Assembly (NCBI GenBank): GCA_046757665.1 | Contig: JBHHYO010000062.1 | Location: 1-16,535, forward strand | DNA from: Nitrospinales bacterium | Lineage (GTDB): Bacteria > Nitrospinota > Nitrospinia > Nitrospinales > JAJDAT01 | Reading direction: 5' to 3' | DNA length: 16,535 nt | Part shown: positions 6,419 through 15,351 of the stretch, one piece after another | Layout of the letters: each line of letters opens with the position of its first letter | Position numbering within the stretch: the stretch's first letter is position 1 | Notes under the pieces: model-generated | Told to the model about the DNA's origin: nothing | Seen by the model: the letters and a program-made list of their open reading frames with translations, nothing else | The model's database searches: none | Translations under genes and position numbers: made by a program

Positions 6419-8689
6419 TTAAAATGAACCGCCCGCGGTGAAATGGAACTCGGCCGGCGTGTCGCCCGGCGCTTGATCGAGCTTTATTCCATAGGCTATG
6501 CCGATGGGACCGAAGGGGCTTTGAAAGCGTACGCCACCACCCACGCTTTTACGCATTTTTGAAAGATCAATGGACGAGGCGGTGGTGGAAACATCCGCTC
6601 CGTCTCCATACACGTTGCCTCGATCATGAAAGACAAAGACCCGAAACACCCTGGCGACAGGATACACGACTTCGAGGTTGAACAGCAAAGACTGGTCGCC
6701 GCCGATGGGGTTTCCGGTACCGTCCTTCGGCCCCACTTGCCGGATGGTGAATCCTCTCAAGCTTTGGGCGCCGCCCATGAAATAGTGTTCGAACACGGGC
6801 AACTTGTCGCCGCTGTAGCCGTCGGCTATGCCAAGCTCGCCATGCAGGGCAAGCACAAATTTCCAGAGCAACGGACGGTAATACGTGATCTCGTAATTGG
6901 AACGGAAGAATTTTATTCCGCCCAGGCCCCCAATGTCAACACTCGCCACATGCCGCCATCCGGTTGTGGGATTGAGAAAGTTGTCACGCGAATCATAAAT
7001 GTACGTCGGCGTGATGCGGCTGGTGGTTCGCGTTCCGTTGCTCAAAAAGGGTGTTTCAAAAAACGGGTTGACGTCGGATACCTTGACTTTTTCGAACCGG
7101 TAATTGAGTCCGCCCCAATCGAATTCTCCCAGCGACTTGCCGAACCGGAGACCGGCGCCCACGTTTCTCGATGAGAAACTGAAAAAGTTGGACTGGTTGT
7201 TGAACAGGTCAACGCCCAGCAGGATATTCGTGTCGAACAAACGGGGCTCGGTAAAGTTTAAATTAAAGTTGGTTCTTCGGGAAGAAAGTTGCGCGGAAAA
7301 ATTCAGCCGCTGACCCCGCCCGAATAAATTGTTTTGCGCGATGGAGCCGTTGAAAATAAAGTTGTCAACCGAACTGAACCCGGCGCCCAGGGAAAAGGAC
7401 CCCGTGGGTTTTTCGACCACGGAGGCGTCGATATCGATCAAATCCGGGGCGCTACCGGGCTTGGTATCCACCTTGACGTCGCTGAAAAAACCCAGGTTGT
7501 TGATTCTCTGCCGGGAACGTTTCAGCTTGTCGCTGTTAAATACCTGGCCTTCCTTCAGGCGAAACTCGCGGCGGATCACATTATCCCATGTTTTTTCGTT
7601 GCCTTTAATATTGATCTGACCCACGAACACTTTCCGCCCTCTGTCCGTCCGGATGGCCAGATCGACGACCTTCTCTTTCTCGTTTAAATTGGTGACGGGG
7701 TTGACGTCCGCGTAAGCGTATCCTTTTTGGGAATACATCTCCGTTATGGTGAGGATGTCCTCCCGCAACTCGGACATGTTGTAAACTTTTCCCTCTTTGA
7801 TTTGCAAGGCCGCCCTGAGTTCGGCGGCGCTGTATGTGTCGTCTTCCTGCACCTGGATTTTGCCGATCCTGTATTGCGGACCTTCTTCCACCGGGATAGT
7901 GATAAAAATGTCTTTCTTGTCTTTGTCGAGGGTGATCCGAGGCTCGAGCACGCGGATTTTCAAGTAGCCATGATCCTGATACAAACCTTCAATACGCAAA
8001 AGGTCTATTTTGAGAACGTCTTTTTTGTAGATGCCCGAATCATTGAAAAAGGAGAGCCAGTCCGTCTCGCTGGTCTCAATCACTTTCAGGATTTCCTTGT
8101 CGGAAAACGCCTTGTTTCCGGTAAAGCGGATTTTTTCTATGCTGACCTTATGGCCTTCGTCCAAACGGATCAGCAAATCCACCTGGTTGTCCTTGTTCAA
8201 CCGGGTCTCGACTTTTACCTTGATGTAAAAGTACCCCTTGTCGTGGTATTCCTGGGTGACTTTTTGAACGATTTCCTGGATCATGGACTCATTAAAGGTG
8301 TCGCCGCGCTCGACTCCAATGAGTTCCAAAAGCTTGGTGATTTCTATAACCCCCCCGCCCGTAACTTCGATATCGCCGACGGAGGATTTTTCCCTGACGA
8401 GGAAGATGACTTCCAGTCCCCTGGGGGTTTGCTCGGTTTCGACGCGGATATCCTTAAACTGCCCCAGGTCGTAAATCCGCTTGATGTCTTCGCGGACCGT
8501 TCTGCGCAACAGCGGCTCTCCAACTTTGGTTTTTATGTAAAACAGGATCGTGGAATCGTCAACCCGTTTGTTGCCCTGGATTTTTATAACGGAAACGGTT
8601 TCCCCTTCCTGGGCGTACGAAGGCAAGGCGGCGGAAAAAAGAAAAAAAATCGCAAAAAAGGCTGAATAAATAGGGTGGGGGTTCGCCAT
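6419..8689 (-). CDS. bamA: Outer membrane protein assembly factor BamA
   Basis: Signal peptide, POTRA repeats (IQGNKRV, FTGNKAFSD, IKGNEKT..VIRRE), NLFGRGQ, GGAQSLRGF, SPFGPI and C-terminal Phe; 756 aa. Confidence 0.97.
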   Translation of the reverse strand: MANPHPIYSAFFAIFFLFSAALPSYAQEGETVSVIKIQGNKRVDDSTILFYIKTKVGEPLLRRTVREDIKRIYDLGQFKDIRVETEQTPRGLEVIFLVREKSSVGDIEVTGGGVIEITKLLELIGVERGDTFNESMIQEIVQKVTQEYHDKGYFYIKVKVETRLNKDNQVDLLIRLDEGHKVSIEKIRFTGNKAFSDKEILKVIETSETDWLSFFNDSGIYKKDVLKIDLLRIEGLYQDHGYLKIRVLEPRITLDKDKKDIFITIPVEEGPQYRIGKIQVQEDDTYSAAELRAALQIKEGKVYNMSELREDILTITEMYSQKGYAYADVNPVTNLNEKEKVVDLAIRTDRGRKVFVGQINIKGNEKTWDNVIRREFRLKEGQVFNSDKLKRSRQRINNLGFFSDVKVDTKPGSAPDLIDIDASVVEKPTGSFSLGAGFSSVDNFIFNGSIAQNNLFGRGQRLNFSAQLSSRRTNFNLNFTEPRLFDTNILLGVDLFNNQSNFFSFSSRNVGAGLRFGKSLGEFDWGGLNYRFEKVKVSDVNPFFETPFLSNGTRTTSRITPTYIYDSRDNFLNPTTGWRHVASVDIGGLGGIKFFRSNYEITYYRPLLWKFVLALHGELGIADGYSGDKLPVFEHYFMGGAQSLRGFTIRQVGPKDGTGNPIGGDQSLLFNLEVVYPVARVFRVFVFHDRGNVYGDGADVSTTASSIDLSKMRKSVGGGVRFQSPFGPIGIAYGIKLDQAPGDTPAEFHFTAGGSF

Positions 8690-8756
8690 TCAGATGAGTA
8701 ATTATTTGTTAATAAAACAGTTATATCCAAAAAATCGCGCTTTTCCTTTTCAGGCC

Positions 8757-8805
8757 AAAAAAAAGTACTAAGTTTTTGATCCCTGGGACCGGAAAACTTA
8801 ATACT
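8757..8805 (-). terminator. Intrinsic terminator-like hairpin downstream of clpC
   Basis: AGUAUUAAGUUUU pairs with AAAACUUAGUACU (13 bp, one G-U), topped by GGUCC/GGAUC, followed by a U8 run (8764-8757). Confidence 0.7.
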
Positions 8806-8856
8806 GTTTAAATGTTTTTATAGTTTAAAAATTATACGCTTGCCCAAAACCCCAAA

Positions 8857-11292
8857 TCAGGAACACGTGGTCTTAAGGGCACCCAATTTTTCATTGAATA
8901 CCAGTTTATCGTCCTGCAAAACCACTTCCACAACGCCGCCGTTTTTGAATTTTCCCAGCAACATTTGATCGGAGATGACATCCTCGACATACTTCTGAAT
9001 GGCCCGTTTCAACGGCCGGGCGCCGAAGTGCCTGTCAAACCCCTTTTCGGCCAGCCACTTTTTGGCTTCCGGTGTCATGTCCAGGGTGAGACCCTGCTCG
9101 ATCAGCTGTTGATTCACCTCTTCCAGCTGAATGTCCAGAATCTCCAGGATGTTGTCGATATCAAGCGGATTGAAAACCACGATTTCGCTGATTCGGTTCA
9201 AGAACTCGGGGTTGAAGGTTTTCTTCAAGTCCTGTTTCAGGTCCTTTTTCATCTTGTCGATTTTCAGTTCGGGATCGTCTTTATGAAAGCCGAGGCTTTT
9301 CCCCTTGTCGAGCATTCTTGAGCTGAGATTGGAGGTCATGATGATGACGGTATTTTTAAAGTCGATCTGCCGCCCAAAGCTGTCGGTCAAACGCCCGTCG
9401 TCCATGATCTGCAACAGGAGATGGAACACTTCGGAATTGGCTTTTTCGATTTCGTCGAACAGCACGACGGAGTAAGGTTTTCGCCGCACCTTTTCGGTGA
9501 GTTGGCCGCCGTCTTCAAAACCGACATAACCCGGAGGCGCGCCGGTCAACCGGGAAACGTTGAATTTTTCCGTATATTCGGACATATCAAGGCGGATGAG
9601 GGACTTGCGGTCGCCGAATAGAAACTCCGCCAGGGTGCCGGCGAGTTCGGTTTTTCCGACCCCCGTGGGACCGAGGAACAAAAAGGTGCCGATGGGCCTG
9701 CGGACATCCTTCAAACCCGACCGCGACCGCCGAATGGCGCGGGTAATCACCTGAATCGCCTCCGGTTGCCCCACTACATTGCCGGCCAGTTCTTTTTCCA
9801 TGTTCAGCAGGCGCAGAGACTCTTCACCCTCGATCCGCGACAGCGGAATCCCCGTCATGCCGGAAACCACCGCGGCGATATCCGACTCGGCGATGCAGGG
9901 TTCGCTTTGATCCTGCTGTTCCTCCCACTCGGCGGTGGCTTTTTCCAACCGTTCGCGCAACGCCTCTTCTTTATCCCGAAGGTCAACGGCTTTTTCGAAC
10001 TCCTGATTTTCGATGCAGACTTTTTTGTCGCGCGTGACGGCATCGATCTCCCGCTGAATCGCTTTCACTTCCGGCGAGCGGGTCAGTTTTCGCAACCGCA
10101 CTCTCGACCCGGCCTCGTCGATCACGTCGATGGCTTTGTCGGGCAGAAACCGGTCGCTGATATAGCGGTCGGAAAACCGCACGGCGGTGACGATCGCCTC
10201 ATCGGTGATTTTGGCCCTGTGATGCACTTCGTAGGGCACCTTGAGCCCCCGGATAATCTCGATGGTTTCCTCGATCGACGGAGGATTGACCATAACGGGC
10301 TGAAAACGCCGCTCCAGGGCGCCGTTTTTCTCGATGTATTTCCGATACTCTTCCAGAGTGGTGGCGCCGATGCACTGAATTTCGCCGCGCGACAGGGCCG
10401 GCTTCAACATATTGGAAGCATCGACGGACCCTTCGGCGGCTCCGGCGCCGACGAGGGTGTGCAATTCGTCGATAAACAGAATGATGCTGTCGTTCTGGAT
10501 AATCTCCTTCATGATGCCCTTGAGACGGGCCTCAAACTGGCCGCGGTACTTGGTGCCGGCAATCAGCGAACCCAGGTCCAGGGCAACCACCCGCTTGTCG
10601 TAAAGCGTGTCCGGCACCTCGCGCTCGATGATGATCTGGGCCAGCCCTTCCACAATGGCCGTTTTGCCCACGCCCGGCTCGCCGATCAGCACCGGATTGT
10701 TCTTGGTGCGCCGGCTCAATATCTGGATCACCCGTTCGATCTCTTTGCTTCGCCCGATGATGGGGTCGAGCTTGCCGTTCACGGCCATTTCCGTCAAGTC
10801 CCGGCTGAACTCGTCGAGCGTCGGGGTCTTGCCGGCTTCCTTGCTCTGATGGCCGGGCTCCTTGAGCATTTCGAGAATTTTCTCTTTAACGTCGTCAAAG
10901 CTCATGCCGAAACTGTTCAACACCCGGCAGGCCACGCCTTCTTTTTCCTTCAGCAACCCCAAGAGCAAATGTTCGGTGCCGATGTAGTTGTGGTTCATCG
11001 ACCGCGCTTCCTCGACGGCAAACTCCAGCACCTTCTTGGCCCGGGAAGTAAAAGGGATATCGCCGACGATCAGCGAGTTGGAGCTTTTCGGCAGGTTCTT
11101 TTCCAGCTCCTGTTTCATCTGCCCCAGGTCGATCCCCGATTTTTGAATGATGGCTACCGCAATTCCCCCTCCATCCTTAAGAATGCCCTGCATGATATGT
11201 TCGGTGCCCAAATACTCGTGACGGTAAAGCTCGGCTTCTTCCCTGGCGAGGATGATGACCCGCCGAGCCCTTTCGGTAAATCGCTTAAACAT
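8857..11292 (-). CDS. clpC: ATP-dependent Clp protease ATP-binding subunit ClpC
   Basis: Double Clp-N repeat ([25 protein letters not shown]), two Walker A motifs ([16 protein letters not shown]), short UVR-type middle domain ([12 protein letters not shown]), LGF ClpP-docking loop; 811 aa. Confidence 0.96.
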   Translation of the reverse strand: MFKRFTERARRVIILAREEAELYRHEYLGTEHIMQGILKDGGGIAVAIIQKSGIDLGQMKQELEKNLPKSSNSLIVGDIPFTSRAKKVLEFAVEEARSMNHNYIGTEHLLLGLLKEKEGVACRVLNSFGMSFDDVKEKILEMLKEPGHQSKEAGKTPTLDEFSRDLTEMAVNGKLDPIIGRSKEIERVIQILSRRTKNNPVLIGEPGVGKTAIVEGLAQIIIEREVPDTLYDKRVVALDLGSLIAGTKYRGQFEARLKGIMKEIIQNDSIILFIDELHTLVGAGAAEGSVDASNMLKPALSRGEIQCIGATTLEEYRKYIEKNGALERRFQPVMVNPPSIEETIEIIRGLKVPYEVHHRAKITDEAIVTAVRFSDRYISDRFLPDKAIDVIDEAGSRVRLRKLTRSPEVKAIQREIDAVTRDKKVCIENQEFEKAVDLRDKEEALRERLEKATAEWEEQQDQSEPCIAESDIAAVVSGMTGIPLSRIEGEESLRLLNMEKELAGNVVGQPEAIQVITRAIRRSRSGLKDVRRPIGTFLFLGPTGVGKTELAGTLAEFLFGDRKSLIRLDMSEYTEKFNVSRLTGAPPGYVGFEDGGQLTEKVRRKPYSVVLFDEIEKANSEVFHLLLQIMDDGRLTDSFGRQIDFKNTVIIMTSNLSSRMLDKGKSLGFHKDDPELKIDKMKKDLKQDLKKTFNPEFLNRISEIVVFNPLDIDNILEILDIQLEEVNQQLIEQGLTLDMTPEAKKWLAEKGFDRHFGARPLKRAIQKYVEDVISDQMLLGKFKNGGVVEVVLQDDKLVFNEKLGALKTTCS

Positions 11293-11375
11293 AATAAAAA
11301 CCTTTTAGGTAAGAAGGGAAAAGTATCTCAAAAAAAAACTATTTCAAAAGCTAAACAGTCTTTTCGTTCAAATTT

Positions 11376-11403
11376 ATTCTAACAAATGGGGGTCAGATTA
11401 CAA
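11376..11403 (-). promoter_or_regulatory. sigma70-type promoter for clpC
   Basis: TTGTAA (11403-11398), 16-bp spacer, TAGAAT (11381-11376) with extended -10 TGn, and an A-rich UP-like tract just upstream. Confidence 0.65.
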
Positions 11404-11609
11404 GTTTTTATTTTTTCACTCTTTATGGAGGATAAACCGTATTTTCAAAGGGATGTTATCCCGGGTTCGGGCTCTTCGCGCCAATGATTCCGGGCGGTTT
11501 CATCCGCCGTATCGGAGAAAAATTCCGCATACTTAACCCCTTTCGACATTCATCTCCCGCGTGCCGAATTAATCGTATCGACCCAGCGCCATGAGACTCA
11601 ACATACGAA

Positions 11610-14600
11610 TCAGCTATACCCGGCGTCGCGGTGGAAACAGACGACCGCCGCCGTCGTGCTGGGTGGATGAAACTCGTTGGCCCCGGTCAGGGTCACGCCG
11701 ATATCCGCCGCGCCGAGCGCGTCGTAAATGATCTTGTTGTTCGCCAGGTCGGTGAGGGCGGGATAACCGGGGCTGTAGCGTTGCCCGAACTTTTCTTTCG
11801 CTTGCCCTGCCCTCTGGCGCAGAAGATTGTGGATGTATTCCGCGAGGTCCTCGGCGACGCGGTCGCTCAGTCCCTGGAGAAACAGCGCCGATTCGGCGTC
11901 GCCCTGCTCCTTGAACTCGGCGATGGCGCGCTCGACGCCGGCGCCGGCGGTGGTGACCTGCAATCCCGCCATGTCCATCACCCCGGAGGTTTTGCGCCGG
12001 AAATACTGGGCGACGGAAAATTTGTCCTGCCGCCCCTTGCCGATGCAAACGGTGAAATGAATCCGCGCCAGCTCCCGCTCCACGTCTTGCGGATCGTAAA
12101 TAATCAGGTCGTCGCCCTCCGACTGGGCGGGGAACAGGCCGAACACGGCTTGCGGAACGATCCAGCCGTTCTGCTCGGCTTTCTCCATCCATTCCCGGCG
12201 CAGGTCATTGAGTTGCTCGGCGGTCACGCCTTTTTGTTTCCAGGTGGATTTCTTGCCGAACTTCCAGTTAAGGGAAAACAGGCCGCGGCTGTCCAGCAGG
12301 CCGTTGAGCTTGCACAGTTTGAATTCCACGCGGTGGCACCCGTAGCCGTCTTGCGGGGTGGCGTGTTTTTTAAAACTGACGGCGCGCCGTTTCAAGGATT
12401 TCAACAGGTTGCTTTTGTCTTCCTCCAGCCCCTTGGCGCGGCGGTATTCGTCGATCAGTTTCCGCCGGTTTTTTTCCAGCAGGGGGGCGCGTTTGTGCTT
12501 GTCGCGCAGGGCGCCCATGGTCTGCACCCCGTCCATGGCGCTGTCGCAGTAGAACACGTCGGGGCGGATTTGCTCGATGTCTTCCTGGCCCCACATCCCC
12601 ACATAACCGGCGTGGCGGTGGCTCACCGGCGCGCCGCCGATCAGGATCGGCACATCGTAAGACTGCTCCCGCAACATCCGGGAAACGGTGATCATGTGGT
12701 TCGAGGTCTGCACCAGCAGGGCGCTCATGCCGATGGCGTCGGCGTTTTCGCGTTTCGCGGTTTCGATGAATTGTTCCAGCGGCACTTGCACGCCCAGGTC
12801 GACCACCCGGTAGCCGTAGTTTTCCAGCAAGGTCTTGGCCAGGTCCTTGCCGATGCTGTGAACGTCCTGGTACACGGTGCCGAGGACGACCACGCCCTTG
12901 TAGCGGATGGCCTGCCCCGGCTTGACGCCGCTTTTGAACTGCATGTAGGCCTCCAGAAAGCGCATGACGTGGCGCATGACATCGGCGCTTTTCAGCAAAT
13001 GCGGCAGGCTGACCTCGCCGCGGCCAAACCGGTCGCCCAACTCGCGCATGGCTTTCATCAGGTGGTCGCCGATAAAATCCAGCGGCGCGTGGCGGTCGAT
13101 GGCCTCGGCGGCTTCCACGACGATGTGGTCGCGGTAGGGGAACGCGCCGCCGTCTTTTTCGATCGTCCCTTCTTCCTTTTGTTTGTACCCGTCCATGATT
13201 TTCCGGCAAATCCGCTCCTCCAGGGGCAGGTGGGCGTAGTCCGTTTTGCGGGTGGCGGCGCCGGTCTTTTTGCTGAGGGCGATCTGCTCCAGTTCCTCAA
13301 ATGCGTCCATGTCGCGTTGCAGAATGACCCGCCGCGCCAACGCCACGTCCGACTCCGGCAGGCTCTCGACGGGGACGTAATGGTTGGGGTTGAGGATGGC
13401 GCAGTCCAGCCCCTTGCGCCGGGCCTCGTCGAGAAACACGCTGGTGAGCACTTGCCGCATGTACGGCTTCCGGCCCAGCCCGTTGGTCAGGTTGCCCACG
13501 CCGATGGTGGTTTTCAAATCGGGATGGATGGCCTTGACGCGGGGCAGGCATTCCAGGGTTTCGGCGCAGAAATTCAAACCCTCCACCGACTCCGCGCCGA
13601 TGGGATAGGCGTTGAGGTCGATCAACAGCTGGTCGGGCGTGACGCCGTGTTTTTCTTTCGCCTGGCGGACGATTTCGGCGGCGAGGTCGTATTTTTCCCG
13701 CGCCGTGACGCCGGGCCCCTTCGGCCCGTTGACCAGCGCGATATACACCGGGTGGTGCGCCTTGGTGGCGGCGAGAACCGCGTCCAGCTTGCTCTCGCCG
13801 TCGCGGTATTCCTCCAGGCTGATGGAGTTGACGATCGGCCGGCCGGGATAGGTTTCCAGCGCCCGCGCCAACGCTTCCACGGAAAAGGAGTCGATGCACA
13901 TCACGCCCTTGAAGTCGCTGGTCAGCTCATGAATGACGCGCGGCAGGACCTTTTCCGTTTCCACGATATTGCTGTCCATGCAAACGTCGATGATGTCCAG
14001 CCCCAGGGTTTTCACCTGCTCGGCCACCACGTCCTCCAGCGTTTCGATACGCAGGCCGTTGGCGGTTTCGACGGCGTCGCGCACCTTTTTACTGCCGCGC
14101 ACGTTGAGCCGTTCGCCGATACGCACCAGGTTTTGCGAGCTGTCGAGGGCGACGGCGTTTTGCGGGCCGGACAGGTACACCGCGGTGTCGCGTGGCCGTT
14201 CGGGCGGCGTCAGGCCCTTGACGGCGTCGCGCAACGCCCGGATATGCGCCGGGGTGGTGCCGCAACAGCCGCCGACGATGGACACGCCGTGCGCCTCGAC
14301 GAACGGCCGCGCTGAGGCGGCCATCTCCTCCGGCGTCAGCTTGTAACAGGTCTGGCCGTCCTCGGAGACCGGCTGGCCGGCATTCGGCACGACGGAAATG
14401 GGCGCCTGGCAGAACCGGCTTAATTTTTCGACGGCGGACCGCATCTCCGCCGGACCCAGCGTGCAGTTGATGCCGAAGGTGTCGATTCCCATGCCGGCGA
14501 CGGCGACATAGGCCGCCTGGATGTCGGTATTGAAAATCTGCATCTTGCAAAACCGGTCCACCGTCACCTGCGCCATGATGGGCAGGCTCTTGTTCCTCTC

Positions 14601-15227
14601 CCGGAAAGCTTTTTGCGCCCCCAGTATCCCGGCCTTCAACTCCAGAATGTCCTGCTGGGTTTCAAAAAGAAGCACGTCGGCGCCGCCGTCGAGCAGTCCT
14701 AAAACCTGGTGGTAAAAATTATCGACGATCTGCCGAAACGTCGCCTGCTTGAGGTTGGCCTGGGTGTTGGAGACGACGTAGTTCGAAGGGCCGATGGAGC
14801 CGGCGACAAACAGCGGCCGGCCGTCATATTCGGGCAGGGCGCGATAGCGCGCCACGGCCTTGCCGGCTATCCGGCACCCCGCCGCGCTCAAATGGTAGGC
14901 GATGGCCTCGAAGTCGGCGGCGCGCAAATCCAGCTCCGGCGGCACGGCTTCCATCTGCGCCGCGTCGATGACGGTGAAATCGAATTCGCGCAGACGCAAC
15001 GGCGACGCGCCGAACGTGTCGGTCTCCAGAATGTCCGCCCCGGCTTGCAGGTACTGCAAATGAATGTTTTCCAAGTCGCCGGGGCGCGAAAAAACCAGCA
15101 GGTCGGTCAGCATCTTGAACGCCGGGCCGCCGAACGCGGCGGCGCTCAACGCCAGGTTCTGCACCATCGTGCCCATGGCCCCGTCCAGGATCAATACCCG
15201 GTCGCGTAACGCATCCTTAAAATTCAT
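11610..15227 (-). CDS. metH: Cobalamin-dependent methionine synthase (about 1205 aa)
   Basis: LDGAMGT, Zn ligands GINC and GGCCG, pterin-binding IGERLN..GSK, cap domain, DVHSIG B12 motif, activation domain RYSPGYPA. ATG 15227 (MNFKDALRDRVLILDG) is preferred over the track start at 15272. Confidence 0.96.
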   Translation of the reverse strand: MNFKDALRDRVLILDGAMGTMVQNLALSAAAFGGPAFKMLTDLLVFSRPGDLENIHLQYLQAGADILETDTFGASPLRLREFDFTVIDAAQMEAVPPELDLRAADFEAIAYHLSAAGCRIAGKAVARYRALPEYDGRPLFVAGSIGPSNYVVSNTQANLKQATFRQIVDNFYHQVLGLLDGGADVLLFETQQDILELKAGILGAQKAFRERNKSLPIMAQVTVDRFCKMQIFNTDIQAAYVAVAGMGIDTFGINCTLGPAEMRSAVEKLSRFCQAPISVVPNAGQPVSEDGQTCYKLTPEEMAASARPFVEAHGVSIVGGCCGTTPAHIRALRDAVKGLTPPERPRDTAVYLSGPQNAVALDSSQNLVRIGERLNVRGSKKVRDAVETANGLRIETLEDVVAEQVKTLGLDIIDVCMDSNIVETEKVLPRVIHELTSDFKGVMCIDSFSVEALARALETYPGRPIVNSISLEEYRDGESKLDAVLAATKAHHPVYIALVNGPKGPGVTAREKYDLAAEIVRQAKEKHGVTPDQLLIDLNAYPIGAESVEGLNFCAETLECLPRVKAIHPDLKTTIGVGNLTNGLGRKPYMRQVLTSVFLDEARRKGLDCAILNPNHYVPVESLPESDVALARRVILQRDMDAFEELEQIALSKKTGAATRKTDYAHLPLEERICRKIMDGYKQKEEGTIEKDGGAFPYRDHIVVEAAEAIDRHAPLDFIGDHLMKAMRELGDRFGRGEVSLPHLLKSADVMRHVMRFLEAYMQFKSGVKPGQAIRYKGVVVLGTVYQDVHSIGKDLAKTLLENYGYRVVDLGVQVPLEQFIETAKRENADAIGMSALLVQTSNHMITVSRMLREQSYDVPILIGGAPVSHRHAGYVGMWGQEDIEQIRPDVFYCDSAMDGVQTMGALRDKHKRAPLLEKNRRKLIDEYRRAKGLEEDKSNLLKSLKRRAVSFKKHATPQDGYGCHRVEFKLCKLNGLLDSRGLFSLNWKFGKKSTWKQKGVTAEQLNDLRREWMEKAEQNGWIVPQAVFGLFPAQSEGDDLIIYDPQDVERELARIHFTVCIGKGRQDKFSVAQYFRRKTSGVMDMAGLQVTTAGAGVERAIAEFKEQGDAESALFLQGLSDRVAEDLAEYIHNLLRQRAGQAKEKFGQRYSPGYPALTDLANNKIIYDALGAADIGVTLTGANEFHPPSTTAAVVCFHRDAGYS

Positions 15228-15260
15228 AGGCTCCAGAAAAACGGAAAATTTTTCAGCCAC

Positions 15261-15282
15261 GGAAGCGGACAAACCCGCTTCC
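15261..15282. repeat. Perfect 8-bp inverted repeat in the metH/dehydrogenase divergent spacer
   Basis: GGAAGCGG-acaaac-CCGCTTCC read directly from the sequence. Confidence 0.85.
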
Positions 15283-15351
15283 CGCTATCAATCCGGCAGT
15301 TTGTTGAGCTATACTTACGAAAACCCGTCTTTCAAATTACCGGAAATAATC

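Noticed and set aside
8750..8776. Possible sigmaE promoter for bamA (AAACTT...CCTGA)
   Set aside because: Mismatches in both boxes, spacing off by one, and the sequence is explained by the terminator stem.
11384..11404. sigma32-like CTTGTA...CCCCAT, and CtsR/CIRCE operators before clpC
   Set aside because: Spacer is only about 7 bp, too short for sigma32; no GGTCAAA direct repeat or CIRCE palindrome seen.
11490..11510. GATGAAACC word (minus strand) reminiscent of a SAM-I riboswitch
   Set aside because: Downstream of metH and lacks the other S-box elements (AUC..GAG, GCAACC, GUGC).
11631..14315. 894-aa plus-strand ORF antisense to metH
   Set aside because: Shadow frame of a GC-rich gene; no recognisable motifs; lies wholly within metH.
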